Both the position numbers and the translations under genes were made by a program. 52,636 bases of DNA from a virus (taxonomy: Duplodnaviria; Caudoviricetes). Of the stretch, positions 9,884 through 17,559 are shown in pieces. The number at the start of each line of letters is the position of its first letter. Positions within the stretch are counted from its first letter, which is position 1. The notes below the pieces were generated by a model that was not told where the DNA came from, ran no database searches, and saw only the letters and a list, made by a program, of their open reading frames with translations. The DNA is taken from positions 1 through 52,636 of IMG/VR virus record IMGVR_UViG_3300025674_000060. One strand, written 5' to 3'.

Positions 9884-10267
9884 CTATCGGATCTCTGATC
9901 TCTTAGCTTTACGATAGCGAGCGCTGACTCTCTTAACGACGTTTACGGAGATATCCAGCATGGCCGCTATTTTTGAGCAGCTTAAACCCTGTTCAATTTG
10001 ATATTCAATTTCTTTTGTGCGCCAAGTATTTTTTTCGACAAGATCTGCCCGCCGTTTAATAGCAAGCAGTTCTGGCTCATTTGCCTCCTTTAAAAGAATT
10101 TGATGGACTCGTTGCTTGGAAATACCGAACTGCTCCGCAATTTGCTGAAGCGACAAGCCGTCCTGTATATACAAGGTGTAGATACGCTCGAACCGCTCCA
10201 TCCGAGCTTCCTTTGAGGCGTACTGACCCCAGTACTGTTGAGCGTCTTCTTTGGTTTTGATTTTCAT
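9884..10267 (-). CDS. Double-HTH DNA-binding protein (sigma70 region-4-like)
   Basis: GLSLQQIAEQFGISKQRVHQIL and GLSCSKIAAMLDISVNVVKRV. Confidence 0.75.
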   Translation of the reverse strand: MKIKTKEDAQQYWGQYASKEARMERFERIYTLYIQDGLSLQQIAEQFGISKQRVHQILLKEANEPELLAIKRRADLVEKNTWRTKEIEYQIEQGLSCSKIAAMLDISVNVVKRVSARYRKAKRSEIR

Positions 10268-10315
10268 GTAAAACGCGAGTGCGCCCGAAGAGCTTAACTT
10301 CCCTGGCGCCTAGCG

Positions 10316-10495
10316 TCAACCCCTAGTAGACCCGGAAGCTGGCTTCCGTAACGTTTGTTGCTCATGACAGAAACCTTCCTCAGCAAGCATCCAGGCGGGC
10401 ACGTTGAGTTCTGAGCCCCGCTGTCGGCACAGCCGCCAAAATTCGGTATCAGGTGATTCCATAGTCTTGTTCCTAGCAGAAGTCCTGTAATCCAT
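10316..10495 (-). CDS. Small hypothetical protein (absent from the ORF track)
   Basis: MDYRTSARNKTMESPDTEFWRLCRQRGSELNVPAWMLAEEGF...; alternative start at 10462. Confidence 0.45.
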   Translation of the reverse strand: MDYRTSARNKTMESPDTEFWRLCRQRGSELNVPAWMLAEEGFCHEQQTLRKPASGSTRG

Positions 10496-10499
10496 GGTC

Positions 10500-10950
10500 G
10501 ACCTGTAAGTAATCCAAGTATAGGACTACTAAGTCGTAAACTGTCAACCCTCTGCCAGCGCTAAATACCACAGCGCTCTAGAAAAACACAACCCCTAAAA
10601 AAAGTTTTTCGAGTCTCGTACTTAACGTAATTTGCGTCTGTGCAGAGATATGTACGGATTTCAATAATTAAGTGGTACTTTATAACAATTAAGGCACTCC
10701 ATAAGTTGCGTAGTAATGCGACCCTTGCTGACTTTTTAAATACTCGAATTTAGGTCGATTCTCAAAAGTCTCAGGTGAGTTGCGCAATTTGCGTTAACTG
10801 CTCTTAGAAATAGAAATATTTTTCTATTACCCTCGTACTCGTACCCCTCACTCCAAAGCACTAGGTGCGCTTAGCGACGGTCTCATGAGTCCAATTCAAG
10901 ACAAAACTTTAAATCCGGATACTTTCTGCGCCTCCTCAGACAAAGCACTC
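10500..10950. promoter_or_regulatory. AT-rich divergent intergenic control region
   Basis: About 450 nt with no credible ORF between oppositely oriented gene blocks; contains the inverted repeat aatagaaa-tatt-tttctatt at about 10809-10828. Confidence 0.5.
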
Positions 10951-10951
10951 T

Positions 10952-11671
10952 GTGAGCTACGATACTTTTGCAATCGGTGTGTACCCCATGTGTAACTCCG
11001 TGCTTCTGCTCATGTTCGGGCTGCTGGACGTCGAAACCGTCCCAATCCCGGACGGAACCCCAGACAGCTTGGAACAGCTCGATTACCTGACCGTTGCTCA
11101 CCACGGCTCGACTGTTGTCGCGAGCTGCCAATGTCGCCGGACACCTCCCGTAGCGCTCCTCAAATCCGATTTCGACCGTCGCTGTCGGCTGGCTACGGCT
11201 TTTGCCTGCCCGATCTGCACCAGCGAACTCAAGCAAGGCTCAGCGGCTTCAGCCTCCGATCGCTTCCAGTACTGGCTGATGCAGCACAAATTTGTGATCG
11301 ACCGAACCGAGCACCTGTATGCTTCAGTCTTGCCGAAACGACTGGTCGACATGGTGGACGGCACCCTCATGCGGCCTCGGCGCTTTATCTACGCCAAATT
11401 TCACGGGGTCGATTTGACCACGAAGGACAAGGTCCTGATGAAATGCGGCGATGCCAACTGCCTAAACCCGCATCACATGCACTTAGCCGCCAGTCCGGCT
11501 AAGAAGGTAAGCTCCGAAATGCACACTGACATTCTTAAATGGGCACAACGCAAGATGACGAACAAAGCAATCCAGGAACTCCTAAAAATTCATCACGGCC
11601 TAAATATTTCGGTCAGGACTATCTCCAAACTCAGAAACGAATCGCCGCAATTAGAAGCCATCGCGATTTGA
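10952..11671 (+). CDS. Zn-binding, HNH-like (degenerate) protein with a C-terminal HTH; start uncertain
   Basis: CQC..CPIC; RRFIYAKFHG..VLMKCGDANCLNPHHM resembles the HNH loop VxHxCxNxxCxNPxHL; C-terminal MTNKAIQELL..ISVRTISKLR. Confidence 0.6.
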   Translation: MSYDTFAIGVYPMCNSVLLLMFGLLDVETVPIPDGTPDSLEQLDYLTVAHHGSTVVASCQCRRTPPVALLKSDFDRRCRLATAFACPICTSELKQGSAASASDRFQYWLMQHKFVIDRTEHLYASVLPKRLVDMVDGTLMRPRRFIYAKFHGVDLTTKDKVLMKCGDANCLNPHHMHLAASPAKKVSSEMHTDILKWAQRKMTNKAIQELLKIHHGLNISVRTISKLRNESPQLEAIAI

Positions 11672-11871
11672 TAGAAGTGTTACAATCCGAGCAGCCGGTA
11701 TCAGCAGTGGAAATAGCACAGGCGCTTGGAACATCAAAGGGTTCAATTTTGCTTTGGCTTAAGCGCCTGCTCAGACTGGATTTAATCAAAAAGATCAAGT
11801 TCGAGCATCATGTTCTCTATTGCGTAAACGGTCAGCATCAAAACCTTATAGACGCGTCTGTCCAAGAATGA
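11668..11871 (+). CDS. Winged-helix DNA-binding protein; start uncertain
   Basis: LQSEQPVSAVEIAQALGTSKGSILLWLKRLLRLDLIKK; the TTG start overlaps the upstream stop. Confidence 0.7.
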   Translation: MIEVLQSEQPVSAVEIAQALGTSKGSILLWLKRLLRLDLIKKIKFEHHVLYCVNGQHQNLIDASVQE

Positions 11872-12284
11872 GTTTTACAGAACTTCAGGCCAAGCCCGTA
11901 CTCTGGCGATCTGACTACATCGTCGAGAATTTACCGAGCTGGATTTATACCGACAACGACGAGCCACGTGGCGAAGCTGAGTGTCGGGCCAAAATCAGCT
12001 CTTTACAGTACACAATTCAAGACATCGAGCTTCAAATCCAAATTCGAGAGCTCGAACTGAAAACCGGCAGTTCCCGTCACAGCAGCGCCTTCGACTACGA
12101 CAAGTGGCGAACCCAAGCCCTACGCGCCAAACAAACACATCTGTATCTCCTAAACGCCTACAGCTACTGGCTGATTCTCAGTGAGCGTCGCAAAGCCGCA
12201 GATGAGTCCAAACTTAATTCCGTTATCAAACTCTTAATTGAAGAACCTAAAGATTTTGTTGAGCAGCTAGAAAAGCTTCTGTAG
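11868..12284 (+). CDS. Hypothetical coiled-coil protein
   Basis: ATGA overlap with the upstream stop; helical heptads. Confidence 0.6.
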   Translation: MSFTELQAKPVLWRSDYIVENLPSWIYTDNDEPRGEAECRAKISSLQYTIQDIELQIQIRELELKTGSSRHSSAFDYDKWRTQALRAKQTHLYLLNAYSYWLILSERRKAADESKLNSVIKLLIEEPKDFVEQLEKLL

Positions 12285-12287
12285 ACT
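12259..12287 (+). promoter_or_regulatory. Candidate sigma70-type promoter
   Basis: TTGAGC-17 nt-TAGACT, placing a start site near 12293-12294. Confidence 0.45.
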
Positions 12288-12293
12288 GTAAGA

Positions 12294-12411
12294 GTCCCCA
12301 GAGTAAGAAAGGCCGACGGGGACAACGAGGGAGTGCTGGAAGTTTTCGTCTTTTCCTTTCGGCGGTGAGTGATCTAGACTGCCGGGTGCCAGGTGGTCTA
12401 GCGGCTCCCTC
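12294..12411 (+). ncRNA. Candidate structured RNA or 5' leader (unassigned)
   Basis: Stems GTCCCC/GGGGAC (12294-12323), GAGGGAG/CTCCCTC (12327-12411) and CTAGACTGCC/GGTGGTCTAG (12374-12401) lie in a GC-rich intergenic gap. Confidence 0.45.
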
Positions 12412-12771
12412 ATGCCAACTTCAAATCTTTATGTAATGCCTGAACCTCAAAACACTCAAACTGAACTTCTCAAAATCCTCCGCAGCATCGATACTTCGCT
12501 GCAGATGCTCGCAAACAGTAAAAACGATGGTTTAACCACAGCGTTTATCACGAAACGTGCTTTAGCGGAACGCCTGGGAGTACCTTCAATAAAAATAGAT
12601 AAATTATTGCATCAGGGTATTCTTTCTGGCGGGAAATCCGGCCTGGTAGAAAATCGCCATTATTGTAAGATAGACCCAGACGAAAACAATCCAAGTAATT
12701 ACTTGTACGACAGCGCTAAGGTGCTATCGGATGCTTGGAACAACTTTACGGGGTACGACAAAAATGCCTGA
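12412..12771 (+). CDS. Excisionase/MerR-like HTH protein (start possibly 12436)
   Basis: FITKRALAERLGVPSIKIDKLL..LVENRHY..YLYD. Confidence 0.55.
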   Translation: MPTSNLYVMPEPQNTQTELLKILRSIDTSLQMLANSKNDGLTTAFITKRALAERLGVPSIKIDKLLHQGILSGGKSGLVENRHYCKIDPDENNPSNYLYDSAKVLSDAWNNFTGYDKNA

Positions 12772-13180
12772 TTTCAAAAAAGTAGCTGAGCAGCTTCGTC
12801 AAAACCTGTTTGCCGGCGGTGAAGCTAAACGTCGCATGGCTTCAAATGTCGTGCGGATGATCATCGGAGACATCATTACGCTCTACGAAGAGTTCAAGAC
12901 GCACAAAGGCGAAGGTGCGCTGTTTTTCAATACCAGTGATTCAGAAAAATCGCAGTATCTGAGCATTAATGAGATCAAGACCGATATGGCCTTGGCTCAG
13001 GAAATGATGAACAAAGAGTTAGCTACTTTCTTTGAGAAACTCCTCAAGGTAATCGAAAAAGAAAGCGAATCTGGAGACCCCGTGGTTGTTATGCTGGACA
13101 TTCACGGCATGAGTATACATGTTTTAGATAAGAATAAAATAAATGAAGTGCTTGAAGAAGCTGTAGATGCCTCTAAATGA
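12764..13180 (+). CDS. Hypothetical protein
   Basis: ATG overlapping the upstream gene; 138 aa. Confidence 0.6.
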   Translation: MPDFKKVAEQLRQNLFAGGEAKRRMASNVVRMIIGDIITLYEEFKTHKGEGALFFNTSDSEKSQYLSINEIKTDMALAQEMMNKELATFFEKLLKVIEKESESGDPVVVMLDIHGMSIHVLDKNKINEVLEEAVDASK

Positions 13181-13745
13181 AGTAGATTTCGTATCACCTA
13201 TAGACGTACTGGCCGCCGTCACTGGTTTTTTCGGCGGCCGCATAGGGCTCGATCCTGCTAGCAGCGATAACGCGAACAGCCTCGTTCAAGCAGATAAATA
13301 TTTTTGCCCTAAACATCAAGGACTAAAACAGATCTGGAAAGCTGATTCTGTTTATTTATATCCACCACGCGATCGATTGACCGGAATCGAGCAACCTCCT
13401 GATCGCAGCCTGTGGACGAAGAAAAAAAGATTTACCAAGTCGGCACAGCGGGTCTGGATGGAGGAGATGCTGCGTAAATATACGTTAGGGGAGTTTAAAG
13501 AAGGACTGCTGTTTTTAACATCTACAGACGTAGCATTACTGGCAGCTCAAAAAATCGGACTGGATCTGCCCTTGTGCATTTTAAAAGAACATCCGAAATT
13601 GAGAAACGACGACAAAGACTTTAGTCGTGTCAGCACAAATAAAATTTATGGATTTTTATATTATTTCCCGCCTACTGAAGACACAGAGAAGCGTATTTTA
13701 GAATTTAGTGATTGCTTTAATACTCTCGGGCGTGTTTATATTTGA
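13167..13745 (+). CDS. Phage Dam-family N6-adenine methyltransferase-like protein with an altered catalytic motif
   Basis: SP..IGLDPASS..AN..V.ADKYF..GLKQIW..VYLYPPR; the canonical family has WxTP..DLDPAS..NPPY. Confidence 0.65.
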   Translation: MPLNEVDFVSPIDVLAAVTGFFGGRIGLDPASSDNANSLVQADKYFCPKHQGLKQIWKADSVYLYPPRDRLTGIEQPPDRSLWTKKKRFTKSAQRVWMEEMLRKYTLGEFKEGLLFLTSTDVALLAAQKIGLDLPLCILKEHPKLRNDDKDFSRVSTNKIYGFLYYFPPTEDTEKRILEFSDCFNTLGRVYI

Positions 13746-14010
13746 TTGGGTCTTTAGTGTCATAGGTGTTATCTGGTCCAAAATTATCGTTCTCACCGAA
13801 TCCCAGTCCAACAGGAACTCCCCGCATCTTCTTCCTTAAATATTCGCGCGACAACCGTTGCCCTCGTTCCGAAGGACTTTCAGCCCAAACGGCGCCGGCC
13901 ATTCGGATGTCACCACGCTGCCGATATCTGTAGTCATGTTTAGCGAAAGGAGCTTCCGCGTGGAAAGCTACTTTACGCTCGTGTTTCCCTACCGGGATTT
14001 GCTCAGACAT
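13717..14010 (-). CDS. Hypothetical protein
   Basis: 97-aa ORF coupled to the upstream gene. Confidence 0.55.
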   Translation of the reverse strand: MSEQIPVGKHERKVAFHAEAPFAKHDYRYRQRGDIRMAGAVWAESPSERGQRLSREYLRKKMRGVPVGLGFGENDNFGPDNTYDTKDPIKYKHAREY

Positions 14011-14506
14011 TATATGTGGTTAAACGCTTAACCTGGTCTTGGTTAATATCACCCTGAGCTAACTGCATAGCACGAGGATCATACTGAAGATTGAAGGCGG
14101 GGTCTTTAGCGATAGCTGCGAAACGAGGTTGAATTTCGTTTAATCCGCGTTGAATGTACTGGTCGTAAACGTTGGCGCTCTTCATCAGGGTGTCTTCAAA
14201 CCGCTGATGCGCCGGACTGCCTAAAACAGGGTAGTCTCCTTTATTAAGTTGACTTTGATAGGTCGAAATTTGCTGCGGCATACTCGGCATGTCGCCGAAG
14301 TTGCTGGTAATGCGGCTGTAATAAGAAGCTGGATCCTGCCCTGAACCTAAATAACCAGTAATGTCCTCTTGAACATCACCGGCCCAATTACGATATGTTT
14401 TACCGCGTTGCTGTAAGTCTTTAGCTAGGGTCTTTCCTTGCTTGACAGCTTCTTCTACAGAAGACTGTGCGGCTTCTAAAGCTTTCTGTTGAGGAGAAGC
14501 GCCCAT
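14003..14506 (-). CDS. Hypothetical protein, possibly internal virion protein
   Basis: Gln/Ala-rich helical ORF downstream of the lysin. Confidence 0.55.
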   Translation of the reverse strand: MGASPQQKALEAAQSSVEEAVKQGKTLAKDLQQRGKTYRNWAGDVQEDITGYLGSGQDPASYYSRITSNFGDMPSMPQQISTYQSQLNKGDYPVLGSPAHQRFEDTLMKSANVYDQYIQRGLNEIQPRFAAIAKDPAFNLQYDPRAMQLAQGDINQDQVKRLTTYNV

Positions 14507-14537
14507 AACATTGAAAATCCTACTCTAAGTATACCCA

Positions 14538-15761
14538 TCAGCCGAGCAGCTTAAGTAACTCAGGCGTAACAGGAACACGACCTTCAGGTAAACCCAGGTG
14601 AATATGCTCGTGGTGACCTCCAACAGGGTCATAACCGGGGTGAAATATTTCAGCTCCAGGAAGAGCCTGACGTAACTGCTCACCTAATTGCACAGTTCTA
14701 TTCTTCCAATCTCCACTACCCCAATCAGTTATATCAAGGGCTCGGCCTTGGTAATGAAGAGAACCTGGACTGTGTTTGCCCACGCGGCCAAAAGCCGGAT
14801 TCTCTCCGATTCGTAATCCCGCCTGGCCAAATTTACGCTGTAACGCCTTACCTAACTCAACAGTGGAAATAAAAGATGCGTTCGGATCAACAGCGGAAAC
14901 TGTAGAGGGTGAAGACGCAGCCAACTGCGAATTTATAGATGCTTCTTTCGCTGCTTGCCCTTGATCATAAGATTTCTGAGCGGCCTTAGCTCCCAGGATG
15001 TTCATGACCAACTTTGTCGGATCGTTATCCGATGCCGAGCCACCTAAAAACATAGCCTCATTTGCTTTATACTGATACTGTTCGGCTAAAGCTAAACCTT
15101 CTTCTCCATATTTATCTGGATCTGCTTTAATTGCTTCTGCTGCCTGCAGATAGACTTGAGCAGCCTTGGGGTTTCCAGGTTGCGCTTGACCGCCGCCGGA
15201 CAAAGCGTACTGAGACACAATGTCTTTTAAAGCGCTTTGAAAATCGTATCTAGGCAGATTTACTGAAGGAGTACCGACGGCTTGATTTACTTGATACGGG
15301 ACTCCGCCTCCAGGACGTTGTAAAAATCCGTACAGATCGTTCAGCGATTTTACAGGCTGTCCATAAAAACTTTTACCTTGTAAAGTCGGCAAACTAGCCC
15401 AAATCCGGGCGGCTTTGTCAATATTCTCCGGCGTGGGGGCATCCCTAGTCGGATCGATGCCTGCCCTTTCGAGCAGATAGATCGCACCTATATCTTGCTC
15501 TTGCGGTCCGAATGTTCTGAGACCTTTAGCTTTAGCGGCTTCGGCCCAAGTAGCCGGCATGAACTGATATCGCCCGGCTGCGGCGCTCCCACGCGGGAAA
15601 CTTCTTGTACGAACAACAGTATCCGGGTGTCGTTCTAAACTCTGAGCTTGGCCGCCGCCGAACATCGTACGATAGCCTTGTCCGCTGCGTGTTTTATCTG
15701 TGCCCTCTGCGTAGGCAATCAGGTCCAACCACTGCCTGGTCAGCGGATTATCTAAGGCCAT
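14538..15761 (-). CDS. Lambda-R-like lytic transglycosylase fused to a C-terminal M15/DD-peptidase-like domain
   Basis: LDLIAYAEGT..GY..MFGG..HP..SAAAGRYQFM..TW..WASLP at the N-terminus; SLHYQGRALDI..HHEHIH at the C-terminus. Confidence 0.8.
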   Translation of the reverse strand: MALDNPLTRQWLDLIAYAEGTDKTRSGQGYRTMFGGGQAQSLERHPDTVVRTRSFPRGSAAAGRYQFMPATWAEAAKAKGLRTFGPQEQDIGAIYLLERAGIDPTRDAPTPENIDKAARIWASLPTLQGKSFYGQPVKSLNDLYGFLQRPGGGVPYQVNQAVGTPSVNLPRYDFQSALKDIVSQYALSGGGQAQPGNPKAAQVYLQAAEAIKADPDKYGEEGLALAEQYQYKANEAMFLGGSASDNDPTKLVMNILGAKAAQKSYDQGQAAKEASINSQLAASSPSTVSAVDPNASFISTVELGKALQRKFGQAGLRIGENPAFGRVGKHSPGSLHYQGRALDITDWGSGDWKNRTVQLGEQLRQALPGAEIFHPGYDPVGGHHEHIHLGLPEGRVPVTPELLKLLG

Positions 15762-15780
15762 CTGCGCACTATTTATTTAA

Positions 15781-16032
15781 TCAGTCTACCGAATCTTCAG
15801 GTTCATCGAACAACTGAATGTTAGTGTCTACATTTACACCTATTTGATTCATAACTGTTTTATAAGCACGTTCCTTACACATGAACTTTAAAATCATTAC
15901 CCAAAAAAACTGATCTCTGTCACTGCGATTGGACAGCGCCTTGGCCTTGGCGCGGATACGGGTCAGGACGAACTCGTCCTCAAGCGTCAGGCCGCAATGC
16001 AGGTTGTGCATACCGTCTTCGTGACCGACCAT
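15781..16032 (-). CDS. nblA: NblA-like phycobilisome degradation adaptor (divergent)
   Basis: LTLEDEFVLTRIRAKAKALSNRSDRDQFFWVMILKFMCKERAYKTVM aligns by eye with the NblA pattern LSLEQxF..xxMS..xxFL..xE..Y..L; size fits. Confidence 0.6.
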   Translation of the reverse strand: MVGHEDGMHNLHCGLTLEDEFVLTRIRAKAKALSNRSDRDQFFWVMILKFMCKERAYKTVMNQIGVNVDTNIQLFDEPEDSVD

Positions 16033-16202
16033 CGCGGGGAGTTTAACTCTGATTTTATCCTACACCCGATTCTTAATATACGTTTCATATAAGACCATGA
16101 GCGTCGTGAGCAAAATAAAGAGAATATGAAAAACCGCATTTAACCTTTACATCGCACAAGGAACTCGTTATCATTGCTAAGCCACCCCCATTCACACGGC
16201 AG

Positions 16203-16469
16203 ATGTTTGAAGGCAAGACTCTCCTGACGATCGCTGAGACTGCAGAATTCCTCAACTGCTCCAGCGGTTTTGTCCGTAAACGGATCGCACTGACCGAATC
16301 GAACAATCCCGGTGGCTGGCCTCGCGATATCTACGTGAACCTCCAGCCCACCGGTGCTAAGTCCCTCTATCGAATCAACAAAGACGCTCTCCAAAGCTAT
16401 CTGAACAACGTAGCTTCTTCGGCTACAGTAGAAAGCGACGAAGCAGAAGAAGTGGCTGTTGCCGCTTGA
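16203..16469 (+). CDS. Excisionase-like HTH DNA-binding protein
   Basis: LLTIAETAEFLNCSSGFVRKRI..YRIN. Confidence 0.7.
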   Translation: MFEGKTLLTIAETAEFLNCSSGFVRKRIALTESNNPGGWPRDIYVNLQPTGAKSLYRINKDALQSYLNNVASSATVESDEAEEVAVAA

Positions 16470-16477
16470 TCTAAACG

Positions 16478-17011
16478 ATGACGTACACCGAGACTTTTAC
16501 ATCTACTCCAGTCTCTGACTTAGTTCCCACGGAGATTGAGGAGCGTATTGTCTCGGTCGAGCCGGAGCCTCAACTTCAAGATCTTCTTCTGAATCTTGTG
16601 GCTCTGGCCTCATACTCTCATCAATTATATACCCAAGCGCACCTAGTACATCTGAATGTCGAGGGACCGCTGTTTTTGCCTCTCCATGAATTTTTAAAAG
16701 ACGAATACGAGTTGCACGTCGCTCACTTCGATAAAATCAGTGAGTTCGTGCGGACCATGGATACTCTGATGCCTATGTGTCAGAAAGGACTCTTAGGTGC
16801 TTACAAAGGAATGAAGCACTGCAAGTCTTACGACACCCGCAGCATGTTAATCACTTACTTGAACAACATCGAAGATTTTGGAATGCAGGCCAAAGAACTG
16901 GGAGAGCTTGCCCGCACCGTTCAAGCGCCTGATGTAGAAAACTACGCGGCACAGTTAGTTGAAGACTCCTTCAAGTCCGCGTGGTTTATCAAGAGCACCC
17001 TCAGGGATTAA
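16478..17011 (+). CDS. dps: Dps/ferritin-like protein
   Basis: HLVHLNVEGPLFLPLHEFLKDEY..FDKISE..WFIKSTL matches the Dps signature HWNVxGxxFxxLH..D..AER..W. Confidence 0.85.
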   Translation: MTYTETFTSTPVSDLVPTEIEERIVSVEPEPQLQDLLLNLVALASYSHQLYTQAHLVHLNVEGPLFLPLHEFLKDEYELHVAHFDKISEFVRTMDTLMPMCQKGLLGAYKGMKHCKSYDTRSMLITYLNNIEDFGMQAKELGELARTVQAPDVENYAAQLVEDSFKSAWFIKSTLRD

Positions 17012-17559
17012 ACCTGAACCCACGCTCCGCCGACATAAATATACAGACCAGAAGGAGCTGCGGCCTGATACATCAAAGTACCTTCGGGAGAAGATGCAGG
17101 CAAACTAGCAGTTATAGGTAGCCCAGAGGCGATAATACACCCTGACGCAAGTAAGGCGGAATCCGCAAATACGGCGCCAGAAGCCACTGCAGCAGAACTT
17201 GCGAAAGTAGCTGTGGATGCAGATACGGCTGTAGTTGCTGTATCTGCAAAAGCAGAGCCTACGATCTGCCACGATGAACCATTCCACACCTTCATGTAGT
17301 AAGTAGCTGCGCTACTGTCTACCCAGGTTTCACCTAGAGAATTTCCAGTTTGTCCTACGGCCGATGAGTTAGGAGCGGAAGTACCGTAATGATTTGGGCC
17401 GATTTTTCTAATACTGCCGCCGGTATCTTCGTAATAGACACCTCCATCGGCTGAGCCGTAATTAACGGCTAGCTGACCGAGCTGTAAGGTAGTTGGCTTG
17501 GGTCGATCAGAGTTTTGATTGGAGCGTAAACTTAAAAGATTTACAGGAGTGGAAGTCAT
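17008..17559 (-). CDS. Short fibre/whisker-like structural protein
   Basis: LRS..P..LQLGQLAVN..DG fibre N-terminus; GETWVDS..KVWNGSSW. Confidence 0.6.
   Translation of the reverse strand: MTSTPVNLLSLRSNQNSDRPKPTTLQLGQLAVNYGSADGGVYYEDTGGSIRKIGPNHYGTSAPNSSAVGQTGNSLGETWVDSSAATYYMKVWNGSSWQIVGSAFADTATTAVSASTATFASSAAVASGAVFADSALLASGCIIASGLPITASLPASSPEGTLMYQAAAPSGLYIYVGGAWVQV

Noticed and set aside
12294-12411. Assignment of the structured RNA as a glutamine riboswitch, tRNA or hammerhead
   Set aside because: The conserved cores (CGUUCA..GGAAGU, T-loop, CUGAnGA) are not present, so it is left unassigned.
16033-16202. NtcA box upstream of the nblA-like gene
   Set aside because: No GTA-N8-TAC was found in the intergenic gap.
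16203-16469. Excisionase-like and XRE genes as evidence of lysogeny
   Set aside because: No integrase or att site is visible in the window, and such HTH genes also occur in lytic phages.
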